Shown piece after piece: positions 41,146-51,747 of a DNA stretch of 64,000 bases. This DNA is from an uncultured Bacillales bacterium. GTDB lineage: Bacteria; Bacillota_I; Bacilli_A; RFN20; CAG-288. The translations under genes and the position numbers were made by a program. Positions within the stretch are counted from its first letter, which is position 1; every line of letters begins with the position of its first letter. The stretch lies in NCBI GenBank assembly GCA_949287425.1, contig CASEGJ010000003.1:8993-72992 (forward strand), in the 5' to 3' direction. The notes under the pieces were generated by a model. It was not told the DNA's origin. It saw only the letters and a program-made list of their open reading frames with translations, and did not search any database.

Positions 41146-42224
41146 TAAAAAAACTAGATCTATATCAGTTTAGAAATTATTCTGAGCTTCATATAGAATT
41201 TAAAGATAAGATTAACTTTGTTATAGGACCTAATGCGTGTGGTAAAACAAATTTAATTGAAGCTATTTATTATTTATGTTTAACAAGATCTTTTAAAAAA
41301 GCAGAAGATAAAGATTTAATTCAATTTAATAAACAAATAGCTCAAATTAGACTTCAATATCAATTGGAAGATGAAATTGTTCACGAATTAGGAGTCGATA
41401 TTACCAAAAAAGGAAAGTTAGTATATTTTGATAACGAGAAGCAAAAATCAGTTGCTAAAATTGTTTCTAAATTGCTAGCTATCGCTTATTCTCCTTTCTC
41501 TGTTAACTTATTCAAGTTAGAACCATCAGAAAGAAGAAAGTTTATGGATCAATCTATCTCTCTTATTTCAAAAGATTACTTAGAACAATTATTGCAATTT
41601 AGAAAGATACTAAAACAAAGGAATATGGCTTTAGTTAATCAAGACGAGATTGTAATTGAATTGTTAACTAAAGATTTGATTGATATTTCTTACCCTATAT
41701 TTATAGCTAGATATAATTTTGTAAAAAAAATATCTAAATATCTAGCTGAAATATACTATGTATTATTTGATACAAGCGAAAAATTAAATTTAAAATATTC
41801 GACTAGTTTACCTAATTATGAACAAGAAGGAGAATTTAAAAAAGCATATAAAGAAAGATTCGATACGATTAAATCAGAGGAAAGAAAAAAACAAGTAACA
41901 TTGATAGGATTGCAAAAAGATGACTTAATTGCTTATTTAGATAACAAACAAGTTTATTCTTATTGTTCTCAAGGTCAAAATAGATTAGTAGTTCTCGCTT
42001 TGCATTTAAGTTTATATGAAGTTTTATATGAAAGGTATAAGACTAAGCCAATATTATTACTTGATGATGTTCTTTCTGATTTAGATGAAAAAAGAAAAGA
42101 AAGACTAATTGATTATTTATCTAAATTAGGACAAGTATTTATTACTACTAGTGAAGAAATTAAAAATAAAGAAAAATACAATGTTATAAACGTTAAAGAT
42201 ATATCTAAAGGAGGAGTAAATTAA
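41139..42224 (+). CDS. recF: DNA replication and repair protein RecF
   Basis: GPNACGKTNL Walker A; SMC-like signature and Walker B (LLLDDVLSDLD). Confidence 0.9.
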   Translation: MLVKKLDLYQFRNYSELHIEFKDKINFVIGPNACGKTNLIEAIYYLCLTRSFKKAEDKDLIQFNKQIAQIRLQYQLEDEIVHELGVDITKKGKLVYFDNEKQKSVAKIVSKLLAIAYSPFSVNLFKLEPSERRKFMDQSISLISKDYLEQLLQFRKILKQRNMALVNQDEIVIELLTKDLIDISYPIFIARYNFVKKISKYLAEIYYVLFDTSEKLNLKYSTSLPNYEQEGEFKKAYKERFDTIKSEERKKQVTLIGLQKDDLIAYLDNKQVYSYCSQGQNRLVVLALHLSLYEVLYERYKTKPILLLDDVLSDLDEKRKERLIDYLSKLGQVFITTSEEIKNKEKYNVINVKDISKGGVN

Positions 42225-44245
42225 TGTTAGAAGAAAAACAAATTGAAACCGAAGAAAAAGTTAACGATGATGAAGAAGTAAAATTTGAAAAAATCGATGA
42301 AGAAACTGAACGTGAACAAGAAAGAGGTAAAAAAGATTATTCAGGTAAAGATATTCAAGTTTTAAAAGGTCTTGAACCGGTTAGAGAAAGACCTGGCATG
42401 TATATAGGTACAACATCTTCTAGAGGTTTACACCATTTAATTAGAGAAATTGTCGATAATGCTGTAGATGAAGCTTTAGCTGGATATTGTCATAATATTT
42501 TTGTTAGCTTAGAAAAAGATGGTTCAGTCACTGTTTCTGACGATGGTAGAGGTATACCTGTTGATGTGGTTTCCGATACAGGATTATCTGGTGTTGAAAC
42601 AGTTTATACAGTTTTACACGCTGGTGGTAAATTTGAAGGAAGTGAAGGTTATAAAGTTTCAGGTGGTCTTCATGGTGTTGGCGCTAGTGTAGTAAATGCA
42701 TTATCTACTCAAGTTAACGTTAAAGTTTTTAAAAATGGTCAAATTTATGAAATTCAATTTTTAAATGGAGGACACACTCAAGAACCTGGACTTCATGTTG
42801 TAGGAAATTGTGATCCTAGTAAAACAGGAACAACAGTTAACTTTACCCCAGATCCAAGCATATTTAAAGAAACAGTTACTTTCAATTATTTAGAAGTAAA
42901 AGAATATTTAAGACAAACGGCTTATTTAAATAAAGGGTTAAGTTTAACTTTGACTGATAATAGAGAAGAAGAAATTAAACAAGAAAATTTCTGTTATCAA
43001 GGTGGGATTTCTGAATACGTAGCTTATTTAAATATAGGTAGAACTCCTGTTTTTGATAATATTTTATATTTCGACGGAAAATCTGAAAGTGTTTTTGTTG
43101 AAGCGGCATTTCAGCCTACAAAAGCTTCTTCTAGTATTGTAAGAAGTTTTTGTAATAACATTATGACAGCTGGTGGAGGAACTCATGAAGAAGGTTTTAG
43201 ATTAGCTATAGTTCGTGAATTAAACCGCTATTTTAAATTTAAAGGTTGGAGAAAAGAAAACGAAGATAATTTCACCGCTGATGATATTTATGAAGGTTTA
43301 ACATGCACAATTTCAGTTAAACACCCTGATCCTCAATATGAAGGACAAGTTAAAGATAAATTAGGAAATGCTGAAGTTAGAAAGATAACTTCTTCTATCG
43401 TTGGAAATCAACTTAGAGATTTTTTGGAACAAAATCCTAAATTAGGAAGATTGTATTATGAAAGAGTTTTAACTGCTTGCAAAGGTAGATTAGCAGCTGA
43501 AAGAGCTAGAAATCAAGTAATTGGTAAATCTGGAGTTGGAGGTAATTTACCTGATAAATTAGCAGATTGTGTTTCTAAAAATCCAGAAGAAAGAGAATTG
43601 TTTATCGTTGAAGGTAATTCCGCTGGAGGTTCAGCTAAAAATGGTAGAGATGCTTTTACCCAAGCAATATTACCTTTAAGAGGTAAGATTTTAAATATTG
43701 AAAAAGCCGCTGATACAAGAATTGAAAAGAATGCGGAAATTGAAAATATGATAAACGCAATCGGCGCTGGATTTGGCTCTCAATTTGATATTACTAAAGC
43801 TAAATATCACAAAGTTATTATTATGACTGATGCTGATGTTGATGGTTCTCATATTCGTATTTTACTTCTAACTTTCTTCTATAGATTTATGAAGCCTCTT
43901 ATTGAAAATGGATATGTTTATATCGCTCAGCCACCTTTATATAAATTGACATATCAAGGACATGATTATTATTGTTTTAAAGAAGAAGAATTGCCTATTT
44001 TGAAATCTAAGCTACCTCAAAACGCGAGATTTTCTTTACAAAGATATAAAGGTTTAGGTGAAATGGATCCTTCTCAATTAGCGGAAACAACAATGGACAA
44101 AGATAAAAGATTAATGTGGAAAGTTACAATTCAAGATGCTGAAGAAGCCGAATTAGCTTTAACTGATTTAATGGGTGATAATGTTCAACCAAGAAAAGAA
44201 TTTATTACCGCAAACGCTAAATTTGTTAAAAATCTCGATATTTAA
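42224..44245 (+). CDS. gyrB: DNA gyrase subunit B
   Basis: 673 aa; GHKL ATPase, Toprim (EGNSAGGSAK), PLRGKILN motifs. Confidence 0.97.
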   Translation: MLEEKQIETEEKVNDDEEVKFEKIDEETEREQERGKKDYSGKDIQVLKGLEPVRERPGMYIGTTSSRGLHHLIREIVDNAVDEALAGYCHNIFVSLEKDGSVTVSDDGRGIPVDVVSDTGLSGVETVYTVLHAGGKFEGSEGYKVSGGLHGVGASVVNALSTQVNVKVFKNGQIYEIQFLNGGHTQEPGLHVVGNCDPSKTGTTVNFTPDPSIFKETVTFNYLEVKEYLRQTAYLNKGLSLTLTDNREEEIKQENFCYQGGISEYVAYLNIGRTPVFDNILYFDGKSESVFVEAAFQPTKASSSIVRSFCNNIMTAGGGTHEEGFRLAIVRELNRYFKFKGWRKENEDNFTADDIYEGLTCTISVKHPDPQYEGQVKDKLGNAEVRKITSSIVGNQLRDFLEQNPKLGRLYYERVLTACKGRLAAERARNQVIGKSGVGGNLPDKLADCVSKNPEERELFIVEGNSAGGSAKNGRDAFTQAILPLRGKILNIEKAADTRIEKNAEIENMINAIGAGFGSQFDITKAKYHKVIIMTDADVDGSHIRILLLTFFYRFMKPLIENGYVYIAQPPLYKLTYQGHDYYCFKEEELPILKSKLPQNARFSLQRYKGLGEMDPSQLAETTMDKDKRLMWKVTIQDAEEAELALTDLMGDNVQPRKEFITANAKFVKNLDI

Positions 44246-44261
44246 TTAAGGAGTTAACAAA

Positions 44262-46955
44262 ATGGAAAATGAAGAAAAGAAATTAAATCAAGATGAATTA
44301 GAAGAAAATTCTAATGAAAATAACGAAAATCAAAATTTAGTAGAAGAATCTGAAGAAGAAGCTAAATTAGAAAAAGGCGAAGGTATTCAAGGAATAAGTG
44401 AAGGTATTAAAGGCGGAATTGAAGATGTAGAAATGGGGCCTTTAGTAAAAGAATCTTTCCTTGATTATGCGATGTCAGTTATTGTAGCAAGAGCTTTGCC
44501 TGATGCTAGAGATGGTTTTAAACCTGTTCAAAGAAGAATAATTTATGGTATGAATGTTTCTGGATTTACTCCAGATAAACCATTTAAAAAATCAGCGAGA
44601 ATTACCGGTGATATTATGGGTAAATATCATCCTCATGGCAACTCAGCTATCTATTTAGCTATGGCTAGATTAGCTCAAGATTTCGCAACTAGATACCCTT
44701 TAGTTGAAGGTCATGGTAACTATGGTTCTCAAGATGGAGATGAACCAGCTGCTGAAAGATATACAGAAGCAAGATTATCTAAACTCGCTTTAGAAGTTGT
44801 TAAAGATATTAACAAAGATACAGTTAATTTTATTGATACATATGATGGTGAAGGTAAAGAACCAGAGGTTTTGCCTTCCAAAATTCCAAATTTAATTATC
44901 AATGGTTCAATGGGTATTGCTGTTGGTATGGCAACTAACATTCCTCCTCACAATTTGTATGAGACTTTAACAGCTATTCAGGAATTAATTAAAAATCCTG
45001 ATTTAACTCCAAGTGATTTAATGCAATATATAAAAGGGCCTGATTTTCCTGGTGGAGGACTTATTTTAGGTCGTTCTGGTATTAAAAAGTATTTTGAAAC
45101 CGGAACAGGAAGCGTTGTCGTTAGAGGAAAATATGAAATAGTAGAGAAAAACGATAGAGCGTCAATAATCTTTACTGAAATTCCTTATATGGTAAATAAA
45201 AAGGATCTTAGAAAGAAAATTATTGAACTTTGTGATAATAAAGTTATTGAAGGAATTGCGGCTGTTTCTGATTTTTCATCTCACGCAGTAGGAACTAGAT
45301 TCCAAATTGATTTAAAAAAGAATGTCAATGTTGAAATCGTTTTAAATCATTTATTTAAATATACAGCTTTACAATCTAATTTCCCTGTTAATATGTTAGC
45401 TCTTGATGAAGGTGTTCCTAAGATTTTAAATATGAAGCAAGCTTTAGAAATATTTATTAAATTCCAAGAACACATCGTTGAAAGAAGAACGAGATTCGAT
45501 TTGAAAAAACATCAAGATAGATTACATATTTTAGAAGGTTTAGTAATCGCTCATTCTAACATTCAAAAAGTCATTGAGTTAATTACTAATGTTGAAACTC
45601 AAGAAGCTGCTAGTTTAGCTTTACAAGAGAGTTTTGGATTAGATGAAATTCAAACTAAAGCAATTTTAGATATGCCTTTAAGAAGATTGCCCCATCTTGA
45701 AATTAGCAAGATTGAAGATGAAATTAACAATTTGAGACAAGCTATAGATAGATGTAATAAGATTTTAGGTAACTTTGAAGAATTAAAACAAGTTGTTTTA
45801 AATGAATTAGAAGAAACTAAGAACAAATTTAAAGATGATAGAAGAACTGAAATTGGAGAAGGAAATTACTCAACTGAAGATGAAGATTTAATTGAAGATG
45901 AAGAAATTTTAATTATTTTAACTGCTTCAGGCTATATTAAAAGAATTTCCCCAGATACTTTTAGAACTCAAAATAGAGGTGGAGTTGGCGTAATTGGAAT
46001 GACAACTAAAGAAGATGATATCGTTAAATCTTTGGTACATTCTCGCACTAAGACTGATGTTTTATTCTTTACTAATTTAGGTAAAGTTTATCGTTTAAGA
46101 GGATATCAAATTCCTTTTGGGTCAAGAACTAGTAAAGGTCTACCTATTGTAAACGTTATTAAATTAGAAGAAAATGAAAAAGTTTTAACAATAATTTCTT
46201 GTTCAACTTACGATGATAATCATTATTTGTTCTTCGCTACGAAAAACGGAACAGTTAAAAAGACCCCTACTTCACAGTTTGAAAACATCAATTCCAATGG
46301 TAAAATCGCGATAAATTTAGCTGAAGGAGATAGCTTAGTTGATGTTAAATGTACCGATGGAAATGCATTTATTTCTTTAGCTTCTTCTAAAGGTAAAGTT
46401 TGTAGCTTTAAAGAAAGCGATGTTAGAGCGATGGGAAGAACAGCTACCGGTGTTAAGGGAATGAATGTCGATGGTGGATATGTTATAGGTGTTTGTACTT
46501 CTCAAGAAGGAGGAAATCAAATTTTCACCATTTCTGAAAATGGATATGGGAAAAGATCTGATTTTACTGACTTTAGAATAACATCTAGAGGTTCAAAAGG
46601 TGTTTATGCTATTAAAGTAAGTGAAAAGGCCGGAGATTTAGTAGATATTAAAGCAGTTAAAGAATCTGATGAAATCACAATTATCACTGATGCTGGAACA
46701 GTTTTAAAAACTAGATTATCCGATATTCACGAAGCTGGTAGACAAACTATAGGCGTTAAAGTAATTACTTTAAAACCAGGAGAAAGGATAACTTCTTTAG
46801 CAGTAAGTCCAACTAGTGAAGATTATGAATCTGATGAAGATAATAAATCTGTTCAGAATAATTCAGATCAATTAGAAAATTATATTGATGCAGAAGTTAA
46901 TCAAGATAAAAGACAAGAAGAAACTTTAGAAGATCAAGAACAAGAAAAGGAATAA
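44262..46955 (+). CDS. gyrA: DNA gyrase subunit A (with acidic C-terminal tail)
   Basis: 897 aa; active-site region AAERYTEARL, GyrA-box beta-pinwheel repeats. Confidence 0.97.
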   Translation: MENEEKKLNQDELEENSNENNENQNLVEESEEEAKLEKGEGIQGISEGIKGGIEDVEMGPLVKESFLDYAMSVIVARALPDARDGFKPVQRRIIYGMNVSGFTPDKPFKKSARITGDIMGKYHPHGNSAIYLAMARLAQDFATRYPLVEGHGNYGSQDGDEPAAERYTEARLSKLALEVVKDINKDTVNFIDTYDGEGKEPEVLPSKIPNLIINGSMGIAVGMATNIPPHNLYETLTAIQELIKNPDLTPSDLMQYIKGPDFPGGGLILGRSGIKKYFETGTGSVVVRGKYEIVEKNDRASIIFTEIPYMVNKKDLRKKIIELCDNKVIEGIAAVSDFSSHAVGTRFQIDLKKNVNVEIVLNHLFKYTALQSNFPVNMLALDEGVPKILNMKQALEIFIKFQEHIVERRTRFDLKKHQDRLHILEGLVIAHSNIQKVIELITNVETQEAASLALQESFGLDEIQTKAILDMPLRRLPHLEISKIEDEINNLRQAIDRCNKILGNFEELKQVVLNELEETKNKFKDDRRTEIGEGNYSTEDEDLIEDEEILIILTASGYIKRISPDTFRTQNRGGVGVIGMTTKEDDIVKSLVHSRTKTDVLFFTNLGKVYRLRGYQIPFGSRTSKGLPIVNVIKLEENEKVLTIISCSTYDDNHYLFFATKNGTVKKTPTSQFENINSNGKIAINLAEGDSLVDVKCTDGNAFISLASSKGKVCSFKESDVRAMGRTATGVKGMNVDGGYVIGVCTSQEGGNQIFTISENGYGKRSDFTDFRITSRGSKGVYAIKVSEKAGDLVDIKAVKESDEITIITDAGTVLKTRLSDIHEAGRQTIGVKVITLKPGERITSLAVSPTSEDYESDEDNKSVQNNSDQLENYIDAEVNQDKRQEETLEDQEQEKE

Positions 46956-46959
46956 GATT

Positions 46960-47976
46960 ATGAGTAATAATTCAATTAAAATCTTACTTTGCTTAAATGG
47001 AGAGAAAGATTCTAATAAATTTGTTGTAGATAGAAATGGTCTATTACTTTCACGCAGCTTACAATCTCAACAAATTGAATATACTTATGATTACAAACAA
47101 AATTACGATATTGTTCATGTTCTTTCTTTAAATCAATTAAAAACATATTATTCATTAGTTAAAGAAGAAAAAAGAAAACCTGTTGTTTTGACTTTGTTTA
47201 ACGATATTAACGATTTTAAAATAACTGAATTTGAAGAAGATGGTACTTTCAAATTAAACACAAACAAGCTTTACAAAGATATTGAAGGAATATCGTATTT
47301 AATTGTTAGCTGGCCTTGCCAAGAATTGATAATGAGACATTTTGATTATCTAGGAAAAATCAAAACAATTTATTTAGGATCTAAAGATTATACTAAAACA
47401 TCGTATTTGGATATTGAAAAAAATGCTTTTAGAAAATTTTATCAACTTCCTGAAGATAGAAAAATAATTTTCACATATGGCGAATATGATTATTCGAAAG
47501 GAATAGACATTTTGGAAGCTGTTAGCAGAATGTTACCAGAATACGAATTCTTCTTTTTTGGCGGTAAATCTGGCATATTATCTAATTCTCAACATTATGA
47601 AAGAGTTAACGATATTAAAAACTTGCATTATGAAGATCACATTCATCGTGAACTTTATCATTCTTTGCTCATGAACGCTAGTTGCTTATTTTTACCATAC
47701 AAATTTCATTCTGATACAGCTATGGTTTTAGAAGCGATGAAGCAAGGTGTTCCTGTTGTTGCTAATAAATCGCCATTTATGTACGATTTGTTAATTAAAG
47801 ATAAAACGGCATTAATTGGCGAAAAAATTGAAGATTTTTTCAAATATATCAAAGATGTTTCAAAAAAGAATTACGCTAAACAAGCAAGAGAATTTGTTTT
47901 ACCATATACAGTTGAAAGTTATGGAAAAAGTTTAAAACAACTTTATTTAAAAATACTTAACAGGGTGAATGAATAA
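46960..47976 (+). CDS. glycosyltransferase family 4-like (possible glycolipid synthase)
   Basis: 338 aa; C-terminal GT-B motif ...MVLEAMKQGVPVV. Confidence 0.55.
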   Translation: MSNNSIKILLCLNGEKDSNKFVVDRNGLLLSRSLQSQQIEYTYDYKQNYDIVHVLSLNQLKTYYSLVKEEKRKPVVLTLFNDINDFKITEFEEDGTFKLNTNKLYKDIEGISYLIVSWPCQELIMRHFDYLGKIKTIYLGSKDYTKTSYLDIEKNAFRKFYQLPEDRKIIFTYGEYDYSKGIDILEAVSRMLPEYEFFFFGGKSGILSNSQHYERVNDIKNLHYEDHIHRELYHSLLMNASCLFLPYKFHSDTAMVLEAMKQGVPVVANKSPFMYDLLIKDKTALIGEKIEDFFKYIKDVSKKNYAKQAREFVLPYTVESYGKSLKQLYLKILNRVNE

Positions 47977-48042
47977 TTTCGCCTTGTTTTTAATTTAAAA
48001 CTACTATTTAAAGTCATATAATAATAAAAAAAGGATAAATTT

Positions 48043-49560
48043 ATGATTAGATTAGTTACAGTTACACCAAATTCAGTTAGCTTAGAATTAGTTAATAACG
48101 ATTGTTATTATACTAATGAATATGAGGTATATTTAAATGATAAAAAAATATTAAGTTCTAATTTAAATGTTTTTTCTATTTACGATTTAACACCAAATAC
48201 AGTTTACAAAGTTAAAGTTATTCAAAATAAAAAAGAAAGTGATATTGAATTTAAAACTTTAGATAAAAAAGAAGTGTTATTTAAAGCAAGTAATTACGAT
48301 TCTAACAAAGATTATACTGAAGAACTTCAAAATTATATAGATGAGTTAAAAGAAGATGAATATTTAAAAATAGACGGGATTTACCATGTAATTTGCTTGT
48401 TTTTAAAAAGTAACACTTATATTTATTTACCAAAAGGCAGCAAATTGATTGGTGAAGTTGATAGAACTAAATATCCAATTTTACCTAAAGATGTTTTACT
48501 AAACGGATATCCAATTGGTACTTGGGAAGGAAATGCTAGAACTTCTTTTGCAAGTTTAATAACTGGATTAGGTGCTAAAAACTGCATGATTTACGGCGAA
48601 GGAATTATTGATTGTAACGCGTCTAATTCTGATTGGTGGGTAGATTTTCACACGATTAGAATTGCCTGTAGACCTAAAGGAATATTCTTACATACATGTG
48701 AAAATGTTACTTTACAAGGAATTACATGCTGTAATACCCCTTCCTGGAATCAACATTGTTTTTTCTGTAAAGATATAAATTACATCGATACATTTTTCCA
48801 AAATCCACCTTTAATGCCTACAACAGATGGTATTGATCCTGAATCTTCTGATGGGGTTAATATTATCGGAGTTAAATTTTCTGTTGGTGATGATTGTATT
48901 GCTATTAAATCTGGTAGATATGCTTTTGCTAAAAAGTACCATACACCAGCTAGCAATATTGTTATTAGAAATTGTTTGATGAATGAAGGCCATGGTGGAG
49001 TAACTTTAGGAAGTGAAAATTCAGGCGGAATTAATAATGTCGTTGTTACTAACTGCTATTTTAAATCCACTGATAGAGGTTTAAGAATTAAATCTCAAAG
49101 AGGTAGAGGTAATTTAGCGATTATTAAAGATATTACTTTTGATAATATCATTATGGATAATGTAAGAGCCTGTTTTGTTATTAACGCTTATTATATGTCT
49201 GGAAGTGATGTTTTAGATTGGCGTTATGACGAAAAATATGTTGAGCCAAGTGAATTAACTCCAAAACTAGGAAAGTTTACTTTTAAAAATATCGTTTGTA
49301 AAGATACTCATTTTGGTGTCGGATATTTTTTAGGGTTACCTGAATCTAAAATTGAAGAAATAGAACTAGATAACATTTCTATTTCTTATGCGAAAGACGC
49401 TTTAAAAGGTGAAATGGCTATGACGCATAGACATGAACAACATAGCAAGATTGGTTTTTATGTTGAAAATGTCGATAAGTTAACTTTAAAAGATATCAAA
49501 TTTGAAAACCAGCCTAGTCAAATGTATATTGCTAAAAATTGCAACATTATTGAAAAATAG
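48043..49560 (+). CDS. glycoside hydrolase family 28 (polygalacturonase/exo-galacturonosidase), no signal peptide
   Basis: PTTDGIDP (NTDG), GDDCIAIKSG, GHGGVTLGSE, RIK motifs. Confidence 0.75.
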   Translation: MIRLVTVTPNSVSLELVNNDCYYTNEYEVYLNDKKILSSNLNVFSIYDLTPNTVYKVKVIQNKKESDIEFKTLDKKEVLFKASNYDSNKDYTEELQNYIDELKEDEYLKIDGIYHVICLFLKSNTYIYLPKGSKLIGEVDRTKYPILPKDVLLNGYPIGTWEGNARTSFASLITGLGAKNCMIYGEGIIDCNASNSDWWVDFHTIRIACRPKGIFLHTCENVTLQGITCCNTPSWNQHCFFCKDINYIDTFFQNPPLMPTTDGIDPESSDGVNIIGVKFSVGDDCIAIKSGRYAFAKKYHTPASNIVIRNCLMNEGHGGVTLGSENSGGINNVVVTNCYFKSTDRGLRIKSQRGRGNLAIIKDITFDNIIMDNVRACFVINAYYMSGSDVLDWRYDEKYVEPSELTPKLGKFTFKNIVCKDTHFGVGYFLGLPESKIEEIELDNISISYAKDALKGEMAMTHRHEQHSKIGFYVENVDKLTLKDIKFENQPSQMYIAKNCNIIEK

Positions 49561-49593
49561 CATTGGAAAATAAAACGAGGTAATTATTAAATT

Positions 49594-49611
49594 TTGTTTC
49601 ACGTGAAACAA
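49594..49611. promoter_or_regulatory. 18-bp perfect palindrome TTGTTTCACGTGAAACAA; related inverted repeat GTGAAA-N5-TTTCAC at 49703-49719 over the predicted rpmH +1
   Basis: Read directly; rpmH promoter TTGACT (49665-70)-N17-TATAAT (49688-93). Confidence 0.4.
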
Positions 49612-49736
49612 GACAATTAGACGTATTTTCATGTAAAAAAGAGGATAGAATATATATTTTATAATTGACTTAATTAATTATATTTATATATAATCATTTT
49701 GCGTGAAAATTTATTTCACATGGAGGATTTCAATAT

Positions 49737-49871
49737 ATGAAAAGAACTTATCAACCTAGTAAGCGTAAACGCCAAATGGTCAATGGTTTTAGAGCAAGAA
49801 TGTCTACTCCAAGTGGCCGTAAAGTAATTGCTAGACGTCGTCATAAGGGTAGAGCTAAATTATCTGCCTAA
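49737..49871 (+). CDS. rpmH: 50S ribosomal protein L34
   Basis: [44 protein letters not shown] (44 aa); below ORF-track length cutoff. Confidence 0.92.
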   Translation: MKRTYQPSKRKRQMVNGFRARMSTPSGRKVIARRRHKGRAKLSA

Positions 49872-49890
49872 TTAAGATTGACACAATTTA

Positions 49891-49923
49891 TACCACTAGA
49901 TGTTTTCTAGTGGTATTTTTTAA
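49891..49923 (+). terminator. attenuator/terminator between rpmH and rnpA
   Basis: TACCACTAG-N8-CTAGTGGTA perfect 9-bp stem plus T6. Confidence 0.6.
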
Positions 49924-49938
49924 AAAAGGAGCCCTATT

Positions 49939-50283
49939 ATGAAGAAAAAAAACAGGCTCAAAACTAATTTAGAGTTTACTTCTACTATCAATTCTAACAA
50001 ATTAAAAAAATCTCCTAGTTATGTTGTTTTTGCTAAAAAGAACGACTTAGGTTATCTTAGAGTTGGAATATCGACATCTAAAAAACTAGGAAAAGCTGTT
50101 GTAAGAGTTAAAATACGAAGACAAATAAGAGCTTTTATAGCTTCTTATAACAGATACGAATTACCTTATGATGTTGTTGTTATTGTAAAGAATGGATATT
50201 TAAAACAAACTAACAAGCAAAATAAAGAAGAGTTGATAGAGATGATTAATAAACTAATTTCAAATAAAGGAGGAGACAAGTGA
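49939..50283 (+). CDS. rnpA: RNase P protein component
   Basis: 114 aa, basic; position after rpmH. Confidence 0.85.
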   Translation: MKKKNRLKTNLEFTSTINSNKLKKSPSYVVFAKKNDLGYLRVGISTSKKLGKAVVRVKIRRQIRAFIASYNRYELPYDVVVIVKNGYLKQTNKQNKEELIEMINKLISNKGGDK

Positions 50284-51737
50284 AAAAATTCTTTAAGCAT
50301 TCTCTAGTTGCCTTAGGAGCCTTATTGTTTTTATTTATTATCACTGGTTGTACTAAATCGTTTTGTAATATTAACGATAGTGCGGTCTTATATGGTAGCT
50401 ATGAAGCTAAAAACCACGAAACAATTATTGAAACTGCAAAGAATAACAATTCTGTAATTCCAGAAGATGATTATTGGACTTTTATCGATAGTAAAGTCGA
50501 TGAAGTTTACAATCAAGTTATCAATAAGCAAAATACTGAAAGTTATACTTACATTCCGCAAAGTTATATCGATTCTCATTTGCAATATTTAGAAGCTTCT
50601 AATTCAAATCAAGACACTTCTAATTTAGTTAATGTTCCTACAATTAAATACATTATTAAGTTTACTGGTAATGATGCTAATGGAAATCAAGCTTTATGGG
50701 CTAACTTTGATTCTTGGACTGAAGAATATACTTCTTTAAATCCTTTAAAAGCTCCAACGCTTAATTTTATGAATTCTTATAAAAATCAAATTCAAACAGG
50801 TGTTGGTAATACAGTTACTTGTTTAACTCCTAATTCAGGATATTTCGGCATTAATAGAGATACTTATGTTCAAGGAAAGACCTGGGGAGAAGCTTTTAGT
50901 GAATATGGTTTCTTAGAAGGTTTATTAGTTTATCCTATCGGATGGTTAATTTATACATTTACCACTTTCTTTGGAACTAATGGTGCCGGTCAAATTTTAT
51001 CTATTTTCTTAGTTACATTAATTGTAAGATTAATAATCGTCTTACTTTCTATTGGTTCATATTCAACTCAAACTAAAATGGCTGAATTGCAACCTAAATT
51101 GCAAATGTTACAAGCAAAATATCCTAACAATCAAACTGATCAATATCAAAAGCAACAATTTGCTGCTGAGCAGATGAAACTATATAAGCAAAATAAAGTT
51201 CATCCATTTAGATCTATATTGATTTTAATTGTTCAGTTCCCTCTATTTATCTGTGTTTGGGGTGCTTTGCAAGGATCGGCAATTTTAACAACTGGTCAAG
51301 TTTTTAATTTACAATTATCTACTCCAATGCAAACAGCTATGTTTGCTGGAACAAGTGAAACTCCATTTGCTATCGTTTTATTTGTTATCTTAGCTTGTGT
51401 TCAATTTATCGCTTACTTATTACCTAACTGGATGCAAAGTTATAGAAGAAGTAAGATTGTCGGTGATAAAACAGTTCAAGTTGAACAAAATAACACAACT
51501 ATGACTATGATGAAATGGATGCCTTGGATTATGTGGGTTGTTATTGTCTTTATGTCGTTACAATTACCTGCTGCTATGTGCGTATATTGGTTAGTCGGTG
51601 CTTGGATTTCAATTTTACAGACTATTATTACCGAAATTGTTATGGCCTTTAAACGCGGTAGTAAAGGTAAGAAAAATAAAAAAGATAAATTTACTTCTTA
51701 TAAAAAGGTAGATAAGAAGCATATGAAAATAAGATAG
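50280..51737 (+). CDS. yidC: membrane protein insertase YidC (lipoprotein-type, Firmicute form)
   Basis: Signal peptide/lipobox ITGC; 5-TM 60-kDa IMP domain; basic C-terminal tail. Confidence 0.9.
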   Translation: MKKFFKHSLVALGALLFLFIITGCTKSFCNINDSAVLYGSYEAKNHETIIETAKNNNSVIPEDDYWTFIDSKVDEVYNQVINKQNTESYTYIPQSYIDSHLQYLEASNSNQDTSNLVNVPTIKYIIKFTGNDANGNQALWANFDSWTEEYTSLNPLKAPTLNFMNSYKNQIQTGVGNTVTCLTPNSGYFGINRDTYVQGKTWGEAFSEYGFLEGLLVYPIGWLIYTFTTFFGTNGAGQILSIFLVTLIVRLIIVLLSIGSYSTQTKMAELQPKLQMLQAKYPNNQTDQYQKQQFAAEQMKLYKQNKVHPFRSILILIVQFPLFICVWGALQGSAILTTGQVFNLQLSTPMQTAMFAGTSETPFAIVLFVILACVQFIAYLLPNWMQSYRRSKIVGDKTVQVEQNNTTMTMMKWMPWIMWVVIVFMSLQLPAAMCVYWLVGAWISILQTIITEIVMAFKRGSKGKKNKKDKFTSYKKVDKKHMKIR

Positions 51738-51747
51738 GAGGATTAAA

